From an uncultured Planctomycetales bacterium (GTDB taxonomy: Bacteria > Omnitrophota > Gorgyraeia > Zapsychrales > CAYJUK01), in the NCBI GenBank assembly GCA_964373335.1, contig CAYJUK010000001.1:719-61964 (forward strand): a stretch of 61,246 bases of DNA, written 5' to 3'. The notes beneath the pieces are model-generated. The model worked only from the letters and a program-made list of their open reading frames with translations, was not told where the DNA came from and did no database searches. A program made the translations under genes and the position numbers. This document shows, in pieces, positions 10,056 through 19,161 of this stretch. Numbering within the stretch: position 1 is the first letter of the stretch; each line of letters opens with the position of its first letter.

Positions 10056-11303
10056 ATGTTGTTTAAGGAATCCATTGATGGTCAGCCGAGGGTTGTCGAC
10101 AAGGTCGTGTACTGCAAAAAATGTGTCGTTTCGAATCAAAGGCCGCGGATCACCTTCAATGAAGAAGGTGTCTGCAATGCCTGCCAAAATGCTTATAGGA
10201 AACATCACGTGATCAATTGGAAGGAACGCGAAGAAATGCTGTTGGAATTGTTAGCCAAATTCCGTTCAAAAGATGGCAGCTATGATTGTATCGTCCCCGC
10301 CAGCGGCGGCAAAGACAGCGGGTATGTCGCCTATCAATTAAAATATCAATATGGAATGCATCCTTTAACGGTCACATATGCCCCGTTTATTTATACCGAT
10401 ATCGGCTGGCGCAACTATCTGGCGTTTAAGGATTCCGGATTTGATAATCTCCTTTTTTTTCCCAATGGGAAGGTTCACCGAAAATTGGCCCGATTGTGTT
10501 TTGAGCTGATTGGGGATGCCTGGCAGCCTTTTACCTATGGCCAAAAGGCCTATCCCTGGCAAATGGCAGTCAAATATCAGATTCCACTTATTTTTCACGG
10601 TGAGAACGGGGAAGTCGAGTATGGCGGATCAACGAAATATTGGAACAAACCCTATGAATCCGATCTGAGCGATTGGAATGATCATCATTTTCGTCGTGCC
10701 GATGTCGATCGGGTGATCGAAAAAGGATTGGAGGCCGGGATTTTTACCAAGGAGGAAGTGAATAACAACTCTTTTGATCATTACCGCCAGCCCAGACGAG
10801 AGAATGTCGAAAAGCTGGGAGCTCAGATGCATTGGTTTTCTTTTTATAAAAAATGGATCCCGCAGGAAAATTATTATTGCGCGGTAGAACATACCGGCTT
10901 TCAGGCGAATCCGGAGCGGACCGAAGGAACTTATTCAAAATATGCGAGCCTGGATGACCGATTGGATGGCTTCCATTATTATTTAGGTTACATTAAATTT
11001 GGCATAGGCCGGGCAACCTCCGATGCCGCTCACGAAATTCGGGATGGCCATCTCACCAGAGAAGAGGGGGTGGCCTTGGTCCGGCGGTATGACGGCGAGT
11101 TCCCTAAAAAATATTTTAAGGATTTTTTGGCATATCTTAACATCACAGAAGAGGAATGCTGGGAGGTCATTGATTTTTATCGGCAGCGATCTGCTCATCT
11201 TTGGGAGAGAGCCGATGGTCAGTGGCGATTAAAGTATCAGGTCACTGATTTGACGGATACCGCCCCGCCTCATCCGATCTCTGTTTCTGGGTCGACCAGG
11301 TAA
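10056..11303 (+). CDS. N-acetyl sugar amidotransferase (PP-loop; PseA/WbpG/LfnA family)
   Basis: N-terminal Cys cluster CKKCVVSNQRP..CNAC and a PP-loop in VPASGGKDSG. Follows the HisF/HisH paralogues as in known acetamidino-sugar loci. Confidence 0.8.
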   Translation: MLFKESIDGQPRVVDKVVYCKKCVVSNQRPRITFNEEGVCNACQNAYRKHHVINWKEREEMLLELLAKFRSKDGSYDCIVPASGGKDSGYVAYQLKYQYGMHPLTVTYAPFIYTDIGWRNYLAFKDSGFDNLLFFPNGKVHRKLARLCFELIGDAWQPFTYGQKAYPWQMAVKYQIPLIFHGENGEVEYGGSTKYWNKPYESDLSDWNDHHFRRADVDRVIEKGLEAGIFTKEEVNNNSFDHYRQPRRENVEKLGAQMHWFSFYKKWIPQENYYCAVEHTGFQANPERTEGTYSKYASLDDRLDGFHYYLGYIKFGIGRATSDAAHEIRDGHLTREEGVALVRRYDGEFPKKYFKDFLAYLNITEEECWEVIDFYRQRSAHLWERADGQWRLKYQVTDLTDTAPPHPISVSGSTR

Positions 11304-11425
11304 CCCACAGGTATTGGGTAAAGGTTTAAGGATGCGGAAACCTTAAGGCGTGTGGCTTATGACTAATCAATTTATTGGCAAACGACAAATCTGAGATGAG
11401 TTTAAATAAGGAGTTGAAAAACTTA

Positions 11426-11453
11426 TAGACAATAAAACACTGTAATTTATAAT
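11426..11453 (+). promoter_or_regulatory. candidate sigma70-type promoter (TAGACA, 16 nt, TATAAT) in the 282-nt gap before the phosphonate module
   Basis: -35-like 11426-11431 and -10 11448-11453. The 10-nt direct repeat tgtaatttat occurs at 11441-11450 and 11458-11467, overlapping the -10. In an AT-rich gap a chance match is possible. Confidence 0.35.
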
Positions 11454-11585
11454 AAATTGTAATTTATCAATATAGATGATTTCAAATTTTTTGGAGTTTT
11501 GAACCCCGATTTCTATTTAGAAAACGCTGTTTCCCTCGAGTTTCCAGGAATCTCAATTTCCAGATAGGAATCAGGGTTTGAAAGA

Positions 11586-13256
11586 TTGAATATGATTGAA
11601 AAGAATCAGTTTCAAGGGAAAAGGCTGAATGAATCTTTAGGCAATAATGAGCTTCGAGAATATTTAGCTAATAAAGCTGAAACAAGTCTTGGAAAGATTG
11701 CCGTTCCGCATTCTCCTGATTTCAGGTATTACAAAAAGCCTATCCTGTCCAACATCGAAGTGTTGTTGATTGCCCCTCCCATTACTATCCCTCAGAACAT
11801 GATCAAAAGATGTATTCCGCCTCTGGGATTGAGTTATATTGCCGGATTCATTGAATCAGCAGGGTATAATATTTCGATGATCGATTGTGTTGTCGAAGGA
11901 TATGAACAGGAGATGCTGGATGGGAATCTCCTGACGTATGGATTAACCCCTCAGAAGATTGAGCAGCGATTAAGGTTATGTAAGCCGCCTGATGTGGTTT
12001 GCACCTCTGTTTTGTTTTCTACCGACCTGAATAATTTGTTCGCTCTCACCAGACGTGTTAGAAATGTTTTTCCAGAGACTATTATCGTGGTTGGAGGATT
12101 GCACCCCACCATTTATCCTAAAGATATATTCGAAATAGACCAGTCGTGCAATGGTCCTGATCGGACAGTTGATTTTGTTTTCCGCGGCGAGGGGGAACAC
12201 CGTATTGTTGAATTTTTAAGCAATTTAAAGCAGGGAAAAATTGACCGTAATGCCGATGGATTGGTTGGGTTTATTAATGATGAGTTCTTTTGTAATCATC
12301 AGAGATCCACAATCGACAATCTCGATGAGCTGCCTTTTCCAGCTTATCACCTTCTTCCCATGGAGAGGTATTTTGAAATCAATGTTCCGTTTTCCCCGGT
12401 GCCGCAGGGATCACGTGTTGCCCAAGTTTTGACATCTCGTGGCTGCCCGGTGAGTTGTACGTTTTGCGCGAGTACCAACATGTACAAAAAATTTCGATAT
12501 CGTTCAGTGGAAAATGTTATCGCCGAGATTAAAGATTTGAAAGAAAGGTACGGTATTGATGAGGTCCAATTTGCAGATGACAATTTGACCCTTGATCGAA
12601 AGCATTCCATAGAATTTTTTACAGCCCTTCGGGATGTGGGAATCAAGTGGTGTACTCCCAACGGCACAATGATTAATACTCTCACCCCCGAGTTAATGGA
12701 TCTTATGGCCCAATCAGGACTTTATCAGATTACTTTATCATTGGATAGCGGCAGTGCCCGGACCCTGAAGGAACTCCATCATAAACCGGTGAATTTAAAC
12801 AGCATTCCCGGATTGATCGCCAAAGCCAAAGAGTATGGGATCTTTACTCATGGGACATTGGTTGTCGGCATGCCGGGGGAAACTATAGAAGATATTGAAG
12901 AAGGGTTTAATTTTGTTAAGAATCATCTGGCCTTTACCAGTATATCCGTTTTTATCGCAACGGCCATTCCCGGTTCGGAACTTTATCATCAAGCCTTAGA
13001 AAAAAAGCTAATCACTAAAGAAGATGCCCATCGGGTCAATTTTACGAAAAGCCGAATACATTTAGCCAATATTGATCCCCTCCTTTTGGAAGAACGGGTT
13101 AAAAGGTTTTATGCCGATTTTACCGAGATTGCCAAGAAGCGTGACCCTGAAGAATATTACCGGAAATATTCGAATCTGATCAGATCCAAGAAGAATACAC
13201 ATTTCATTGAGGCGAGCTCAGAAGTGGAAGGGGTTTCTGTCGTCCGGCTTACTTAA
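11586..13256 (+). CDS. cobalamin-binding-domain radical SAM enzyme (class B), substrate unknown
   Basis: N-terminal B12-binding-like Rossmann (VLLIAPP.., VVGGLHPT), then a CxxxCxxC cluster in SRGCPVSCTFCAS. The track start is a TTG; the ATG at 11592 is an equally plausible start. Confidence 0.78.
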   Translation: MNMIEKNQFQGKRLNESLGNNELREYLANKAETSLGKIAVPHSPDFRYYKKPILSNIEVLLIAPPITIPQNMIKRCIPPLGLSYIAGFIESAGYNISMIDCVVEGYEQEMLDGNLLTYGLTPQKIEQRLRLCKPPDVVCTSVLFSTDLNNLFALTRRVRNVFPETIIVVGGLHPTIYPKDIFEIDQSCNGPDRTVDFVFRGEGEHRIVEFLSNLKQGKIDRNADGLVGFINDEFFCNHQRSTIDNLDELPFPAYHLLPMERYFEINVPFSPVPQGSRVAQVLTSRGCPVSCTFCASTNMYKKFRYRSVENVIAEIKDLKERYGIDEVQFADDNLTLDRKHSIEFFTALRDVGIKWCTPNGTMINTLTPELMDLMAQSGLYQITLSLDSGSARTLKELHHKPVNLNSIPGLIAKAKEYGIFTHGTLVVGMPGETIEDIEEGFNFVKNHLAFTSISVFIATAIPGSELYHQALEKKLITKEDAHRVNFTKSRIHLANIDPLLLEERVKRFYADFTEIAKKRDPEEYYRKYSNLIRSKKNTHFIEASSEVEGVSVVRLT

Positions 13257-13277
13257 CCTTATCATGATTAAAATTTC

Positions 13278-14039
13278 ATGAACAAAGAGAGAACGCTTTT
13301 AAGTCCAGCGCATTGGCGGCAAATCAGCGAAGAAACCAGGATAAGGCTGGGGAGGCAAGGTTTTTATAATACCGCTTTTTCCGAAAGATTTTTCGATATC
13401 TTGAGTTATTTGTTATGTCCCATTTTTCTGAAAGCCAGGATTTCCGCAAATTTCATAACATTTTGCACCTTGGTCTGGGGAGCAATCAGTGCCCTGATTA
13501 TTAGTGTAGGGACACACCCAGCCTGGATCATTGGACTTTTGATCTTTACCATGACCAATCTGTTAGACCACATTGATGGCAGAGTTGCCAGCAGTACCCA
13601 TACGGCTACCTATTACGGATATTTTATTGACGGGTTGACAGACGCGTTTGTTTTATGTCTTTTCCGTTTTGGCCTGGTGATCTCTATTTATAAACAGTTT
13701 CATTTTTCAACGCTCTTTATCCTGGCCATGAGTGTTCTAATTTTAACCCCGTTTTATATTTTTATTTATGACAAATACGCGGCTTTTGCCAGAAGGATTA
13801 ATCAAGAAAAAAATACGAATATCAAGCCGTATGTTCGCAATGATCATCTCAAGGTCCCGGCGAATCTTGTTATTGATTTAGAACGGGTAGCTTTATTAAT
13901 ATCTCTTTTTCACTTTCCAACGGGGCTGTGGATTTATTTTTCTCTGAATCTCTGCCTGGAAATGGGATTTATTTTTTATCATATCTTTTGCGCTTATCAA
14001 CAAATGCGGATTTCAAATTTAGAGATGTTAAGAAGTTGA
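13278..14039 (+). CDS. CDP-alcohol phosphotransferase-family membrane protein
   Basis: Polytopic hydrophobic protein. DHIDGRVASSTHTATYYGYFIDGLTDAF fits DGx2ARx8Gx3Dx3D, except that Arg is replaced by Ser. Confidence 0.7.
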   Translation: MNKERTLLSPAHWRQISEETRIRLGRQGFYNTAFSERFFDILSYLLCPIFLKARISANFITFCTLVWGAISALIISVGTHPAWIIGLLIFTMTNLLDHIDGRVASSTHTATYYGYFIDGLTDAFVLCLFRFGLVISIYKQFHFSTLFILAMSVLILTPFYIFIYDKYAAFARRINQEKNTNIKPYVRNDHLKVPANLVIDLERVALLISLFHFPTGLWIYFSLNLCLEMGFIFYHIFCAYQQMRISNLEMLRS

Positions 14040-14059
14040 GAAGGCGATTGGGAAAAAGT

Positions 14060-14683
14060 ATGGAAGAATTCGATTGGCATAAAGTTTGGGAGAGAAAAGG
14101 TCTGCTCGCGACAGATGATTTAGGGGTGTTGGATGGATATGAGTATACAGAGATAACTCCGGAAGAAGTGGCGCAGAGAATAACAAAAATTTTGGATATC
14201 AAAAAAGAAGACAGGATTTTGGAAGTCGGGTGCGGGGCAGGGGCTGTTGCTGCCTATTTAGATTGTCATTATGTTGGGATTGATTACTCATTCCCTTTAG
14301 TTAAGAAACATATCAAGATTCTTAATCATCAGGTATTGTATGGGGAAGCGAATAATCTTATTTTTAAAGACAAGTCTTTTGATAAGGTTTTCTGCTTTAG
14401 TGTCTTTCAATATTTTCCTGGTAAAGACTATGCCTTGCAAACCATGGCGGAGATGAAAAGAGTGGCACGAATAAGTGTCTTGATTTGTGATTTGGCTCTT
14501 AAATCTCATCGGAAAGAACATTTCGTGTACGAAAAATCTGACTTTGAGGGGTGGGAAATCAGCGAGGGCTTTCATGCCAGCAATGGATCATTACGGTTTA
14601 ATGCCAGGTTTGATCTTGGGACAAAAAATCCCATTTCAGGCAAGGAATTAGATAAAAGATGGCTTACCATTTCATCATTATAG
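14060..14683 (+). CDS. class I SAM-dependent methyltransferase
   Basis: Start moved to the ATG at 14060; the track start at 13928 lies inside the upstream membrane-protein gene. SAM motif I ILEVGCGAGAVAAYL and a motif-II-like FDKVFCFSVFQYF. Confidence 0.8.
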   Translation: MEEFDWHKVWERKGLLATDDLGVLDGYEYTEITPEEVAQRITKILDIKKEDRILEVGCGAGAVAAYLDCHYVGIDYSFPLVKKHIKILNHQVLYGEANNLIFKDKSFDKVFCFSVFQYFPGKDYALQTMAEMKRVARISVLICDLALKSHRKEHFVYEKSDFEGWEISEGFHASNGSLRFNARFDLGTKNPISGKELDKRWLTISSL

Positions 14684-14687
14684 AAAT

Positions 14688-16349
14688 ATGAAAAAAGAAG
14701 AATTTGCTAAGTTGATAAAAAGTAACAGCCTTATTTATACCATGGGTGCTCATAATGGTCTCAGTGCCAAGCTGGCTGAACGCAATGGATTTGATGCTGT
14801 TTGGGCCAGTGGTTTAGAGATATCAGCATCCTATGCCGTCCCGGACGCAAATATCCTGACGATGACCCAGTATCTGGAGAAGTCCTGTGAAATGAACGAA
14901 GCCATATCTCTTCCAGTTGTCTGTGACTGTGATACGGGATATGGAAACTCAAATAATGTTATTTATTTAGTTAAGAAATATGAGGCGGCCGGTATGGCCG
15001 CTATATGTTTAGAAGATAAGTTGTTTCCTAAAGCAAATAGTTTTATTAAAGGCCGTCAGGAGTTAGCTCCTATCGCGGAATTCGTAGGAAAAATTATGGC
15101 CGCAAAGAGTACGCAGAGGAGCGAAAATTTTAAACTTATCGCCCGGGTAGAAGCGCTTATTGCCGGATGGGACGAATCAGAGGCCCTTTTAAGAGCTGAG
15201 AAATATGTTGAAGCCGGAGCCGATGCAATCTTGATCCATTCCAAACAGTCGCATTATGATCAAATTATCAGTTTCGCCAAAAAATGGGGAAAGCAATCTC
15301 CGTTAGTGATTGTTCCTACGACTTACCCAACGATCATGAAAGATTTGACAGAAGAAGAATTGTTAGGATTAGGTATCAAGATGGTTATTTTCGCCAATCA
15401 GGGAATTAGGGCGAGTATAAAGGTGATGAATGACGTTATGTCCAGGATTCGAAAAATGCGGCATACCTGCGCGGTCGAAAAGGATATTGTTTCCATGGGA
15501 GAAGTTTTTGAACTGCAGGGGATGACGCAGATGAATGCGAGTGAACGGAAGTATTTAAAGACGGCCACCGAGGAATTTAATGCTATTTTTTTGGCTGCCG
15601 GGGGCCCGCACAATCAAGACGATCTAGCCCCGTTGTTACGAGATAGACCGGTCGCTTTGCTGGATATTAATGGACAGTCTTTGTTAAAAAGAAATGTGTC
15701 CACTATCTCTAAGTTTAATGTTGATCAGATTACTGTCGTGACCGGATATTGCAGTGAGCAATTTAACCTCGAAGGAGTTTCCTTAATTCATAATCTGGAA
15801 TATAACGAAAAAAATATTTTACATTCACTGATGTTGGCCGAAGAAAAATTGACCGGGAGGGTTTTGCTGGCTTATGCGGATGTATTCTTTGAGAAAGAGA
15901 TAGTAGAGAAACTTTTAAAGACCGAGAATGATATCGTGCTGGTCGGGGATCCGACATTCAAAAATATTAAAAATACCCGTAATAGCAAATTAGATCTACT
16001 CATTACAGATAGCCAACCCAACATTAGCCACCGATCCATCGATGATAATTATCTGCCTAAAGTTCTCAAAATCGGAGATCACATTGCGGAAGAAAATGCC
16101 CATTACGAATTTGTTGGTCTGGCTTTCTTGAGTGAGAAAGGTATTGGGTTGTTAAGGGAAGTTTACCACGATATGAAAGACGGAAACCCAGGTCATAAAC
16201 ATAAAGATTTTGATAAGATGACTATCAATGATGTTTTACAGGAGATCATAAACCGAAAATTTCCCATCCATGTATTGAAGGTCAACTCAGGTTGGGTAGA
16301 AATACATTCCTTTGAGAATTACCGATTAGCCTGTTCGAGTATAAAATGA
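14688..16349 (+). CDS. ppm: phosphoenolpyruvate mutase fused to a C-terminal nucleotidyltransferase-like domain
   Basis: The N-terminal ~290 aa carry the PEP mutase signature EDKxxxxxNS (CLEDKLFPKANS) and DCDTGYGN. The C-terminal ~250 aa start with IFLAAGGPH..LLDINGQSLLKRNV, which is MobA/NTP_transf-like. Confidence 0.82.
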   Translation: MKKEEFAKLIKSNSLIYTMGAHNGLSAKLAERNGFDAVWASGLEISASYAVPDANILTMTQYLEKSCEMNEAISLPVVCDCDTGYGNSNNVIYLVKKYEAAGMAAICLEDKLFPKANSFIKGRQELAPIAEFVGKIMAAKSTQRSENFKLIARVEALIAGWDESEALLRAEKYVEAGADAILIHSKQSHYDQIISFAKKWGKQSPLVIVPTTYPTIMKDLTEEELLGLGIKMVIFANQGIRASIKVMNDVMSRIRKMRHTCAVEKDIVSMGEVFELQGMTQMNASERKYLKTATEEFNAIFLAAGGPHNQDDLAPLLRDRPVALLDINGQSLLKRNVSTISKFNVDQITVVTGYCSEQFNLEGVSLIHNLEYNEKNILHSLMLAEEKLTGRVLLAYADVFFEKEIVEKLLKTENDIVLVGDPTFKNIKNTRNSKLDLLITDSQPNISHRSIDDNYLPKVLKIGDHIAEENAHYEFVGLAFLSEKGIGLLREVYHDMKDGNPGHKHKDFDKMTINDVLQEIINRKFPIHVLKVNSGWVEIHSFENYRLACSSIK

Positions 16350-16417
16350 TCAGTGAGGAATCGATTTTTAACTTAATGCAATAAGCTCAGAATTAAAAAG
16401 ATTAAGGATGCGACGAT

Positions 16418-18187
16418 ATGCCATTAAACAATAAAAACTATACTATTGAGGATATCATAAGCAATGGATATGGCAATGATAGAAAGATGGGATTGCGAAT
16501 CCTATTTGTCTATGCGAATACCGCCGGTGACCCGCTTGTCCCGGTAGGGATCCCGCAGCTTTATGCCGTTATTAAACAAAATTCCCATCAAGCCCGTCTC
16601 TTCGACACAACGTGGTATCGTTCACCGTTTTTCAGCTCTGACACAGGTAATAAAGAACGAGCGGCCACATTAAGCATCAGAGCAACAAATCCTGAGGATG
16701 TGGGGGTAGGATTTTATGATAGAAATATTTATGAGTCATTTGAGAAAGAAGTCGCGACATACAAACCTCACCTGATTGCTATCTCAGCGTTAGAAATGAC
16801 CGCCACGTTAGGATTTTCTCTCTGTGCTTATATTCGCAAAAAAGGATACTTCATTCCGACAATTGTTGGCGGTGAATACGCAACAACCTCTCAGCATCTT
16901 GTTTTTAAATATGATGATCCTGATCGTGCCGTAGATATGCTCTGTGTTGGAGAAGGAGAAAGGGCCTTTGCAGAATTAACAAATGAATTAGCGAAATTAA
17001 ATGCTTCCGCCGAGAATATCCGTAAGATTCAAGGGATCTGGACAAGAGATTCCTCTCTGTTTGGATTCACGGATACACGCTGGGGAAGTGCTGTTTCCTT
17101 AAATGAATTGCCGATAGGGGATGTCGATATCTTCCTGAATCCTGATTTAGGGGGAGATCCGAAAGTGATCTACAAGCCTATGTATGGGAAGTGGTGGAAA
17201 TCCTTGACCGTTGAGAAGGCCAGGGGATGTCATTTTAAATGCGCATTTTGTTGTCATGATCTCTATCATGACATGTATACCAATAACCCCGATTTATTTA
17301 AAATTGTTAACGGTCATACCGTAAAGGAAAATTTTAGAAGGGATAAATCCTACGAGCGTTTTATTGAAGACGCACGCAGAAAGATCGATAGATATGGGAT
17401 GAATTTTGTTTACGTGATGGATGAGGATGCCATCCCGCCTCCCTCACACGATGGATTGCGTAAAACAATCGAGTTCTCTCGTTTGTATGATCAATATATT
17501 AAGCTGCCTTTTTGGATAGAAACACGGCCGGAAACGATCACCCCTGAGGTTATTGGGGAATTAAGTCATTATTGCAAAGGGATTAGTGTGGGGGTTGAAA
17601 GCGGTTCCCCTCTAATAAGACAAAAGGTCATGAAGCGGGGCATGAGGCAGGAAAAAATTTTAAGCGCTTTTAAAATTTTATATCAAAAGGGGATAGAATA
17701 TGTCTCGGCAAACTTTATTCTGGGGACACCGCATGTTGTCGATAGGAAGCTTATTGGAGAAACAAGAGAGCAGATGATTGAATCAATCGAACTGGCTAAG
17801 CAGATTAAGGAAATCAATCCGCGGGTAACGCCTGTTTTTAATATCGCCCAGCCCTATCGAGGAACGACCTACCGGAAAGATTCTATCGCCGCGGGTTTGA
17901 TACCTGAAGATTATAGGTGTGGAGATTATCGTCGGCCTTCCAATGCTATCGGTTTAGGTGAGATCATGTCTAAACAAGAGTTAATCGGTCTACATCGATG
18001 CTCCGCATTATATGTTCATTTCCCGCGACAGAGATGGAACGAAGTCCTGGAGGCGGAAACGAATGATGTTGCATTCGATGCTCTCGTTGCGGAAGCCTCA
18101 AAGGAATATTTTAAAAGTACCCCCGAAAATTCACCTGAACAATCCAACCCTCAAGACCAAAATTATAGTAAGGTCGCTGCTCAATAA
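16418..18187 (+). CDS. cobalamin-binding-domain radical SAM enzyme (class B), paralogue of 46102
   Basis: LRILFVYAN..LFDTTWY B12-domain N-terminus, CVGEGERAF, and a CxxxCxxC cluster in ARGCHFKCAFCCH. Aligns by eye with the 46102 product (LKILLIYPN..LFDTTYY, CKGEGEDAL, HRGCPYTCAFCNS). Confidence 0.78.
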   Translation: MPLNNKNYTIEDIISNGYGNDRKMGLRILFVYANTAGDPLVPVGIPQLYAVIKQNSHQARLFDTTWYRSPFFSSDTGNKERAATLSIRATNPEDVGVGFYDRNIYESFEKEVATYKPHLIAISALEMTATLGFSLCAYIRKKGYFIPTIVGGEYATTSQHLVFKYDDPDRAVDMLCVGEGERAFAELTNELAKLNASAENIRKIQGIWTRDSSLFGFTDTRWGSAVSLNELPIGDVDIFLNPDLGGDPKVIYKPMYGKWWKSLTVEKARGCHFKCAFCCHDLYHDMYTNNPDLFKIVNGHTVKENFRRDKSYERFIEDARRKIDRYGMNFVYVMDEDAIPPPSHDGLRKTIEFSRLYDQYIKLPFWIETRPETITPEVIGELSHYCKGISVGVESGSPLIRQKVMKRGMRQEKILSAFKILYQKGIEYVSANFILGTPHVVDRKLIGETREQMIESIELAKQIKEINPRVTPVFNIAQPYRGTTYRKDSIAAGLIPEDYRCGDYRRPSNAIGLGEIMSKQELIGLHRCSALYVHFPRQRWNEVLEAETNDVAFDALVAEASKEYFKSTPENSPEQSNPQDQNYSKVAAQ

Positions 18188-18219
18188 TCACAGGGTATTA
18201 TTCAGTAATATTATTAAAA

Positions 18220-19014
18220 ATGAAAAAGAGTAATTCTAACAGTCGAGTTAAAATGGCGGTTATTTTGGCCGCCGGTTTAGGTTCACGAATGAGAAACATT
18301 ATTCATGATAAACCAAAGGGATTCCTCCAGTTTGGTTCAAAGCCTATTATTGAGGAATCGATAGAAAGTTTAATCAGTTGTGGGATCGAAGAGATCATTA
18401 TCGTAACCGGATATCAAAGTCAATTTTATGAAAGGTTAACCCGAGATCATAGTTGTCTTAAGACCGTAAAAAATCGACATTATGCTTCTTCCGGAAGTAT
18501 GTACTCCCTGTCTTGTGCTAAAGATTTGATTAAGGAAGATTTTCTATTAGTCGAATCGGATATCATCTATGAAAGAAAGGCGGCAAAATCCATCGTCAGT
18601 ACACAATATGAAAATTGTATATTGATTTCAGGAAAAACGAGGGCAGGAGATGAGGTATTTGTCGCTTCAATCAAGGGAAGGATCACCGACTTATCTAAAG
18701 ATTCAAAAAGGCAAGATCACTCAAGCGGTGAACTCGTGGGCCTATCAAAAATATCCAAGCCATTTTTTAGTAAAATGGTATCAATGAGTGAATTATTATT
18801 TAAGTCAAATAGAGATATTGATTATGAAAAGTGTATTTCCTCTTTGGCTAAAAAAGAGGCGATTTATTCTTATAAGATTGACGATTTATTGTGGGCGGAA
18901 GTTGACAATGAGAGCCATTTTAGAAGAGCCGAACAAATATATCCTAAAATTCTTGAAAAGGATCATCGAAACCCCAACTCCGAATCAAAAATGTTTTTTC
19001 GATCCCAATTTTAA
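18220..19014 (+). CDS. nucleotidyltransferase, LicC/PntC-like (candidate phosphonate cytidylyltransferase)
   Basis: VILAAGLGSRMRN..KPKGFLQFGSKPIIE Gly-rich NTP-transferase N-terminus. Sits between the PEP mutase and the phosphonopyruvate decarboxylase. Confidence 0.72.
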   Translation: MKKSNSNSRVKMAVILAAGLGSRMRNIIHDKPKGFLQFGSKPIIEESIESLISCGIEEIIIVTGYQSQFYERLTRDHSCLKTVKNRHYASSGSMYSLSCAKDLIKEDFLLVESDIIYERKAAKSIVSTQYENCILISGKTRAGDEVFVASIKGRITDLSKDSKRQDHSSGELVGLSKISKPFFSKMVSMSELLFKSNRDIDYEKCISSLAKKEAIYSYKIDDLLWAEVDNESHFRRAEQIYPKILEKDHRNPNSESKMFFRSQF

Positions 19015-19027
19015 ATGCAAAATTGGG
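19004..19027. repeat. small palindromic element, copy A (CCCAATTTT-aaatgc-AAAATTGGG)
   Basis: 9-bp perfect stem overlapping the stop codon of 18220..19014, flanked by ttcgat/ttcgac. Same core as the copies at 35.4, 56.9 and 59.97 kb. Confidence 0.75.
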
Positions 19028-19161
19028 GTTCGACGGGCTATGCCTCATCCCCCGGGTGAAAAACTTCACCCCTCGAGCTCTTAAGGGGAGGATTATTTTC
19101 TAATGCGGAGTTGGAGTCGAAAGATGGCTGTGGCGTAACTCAGAGTTAGAGGGCCGGCGGG

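Noticed and set aside
11326-11346. Hairpin TTAAGG-atgcggaaa-CCTTAA after the amidotransferase gene as a terminator.
   Set aside because: It has only a 6-bp AT-rich stem, a 9-nt loop and no T-tract.
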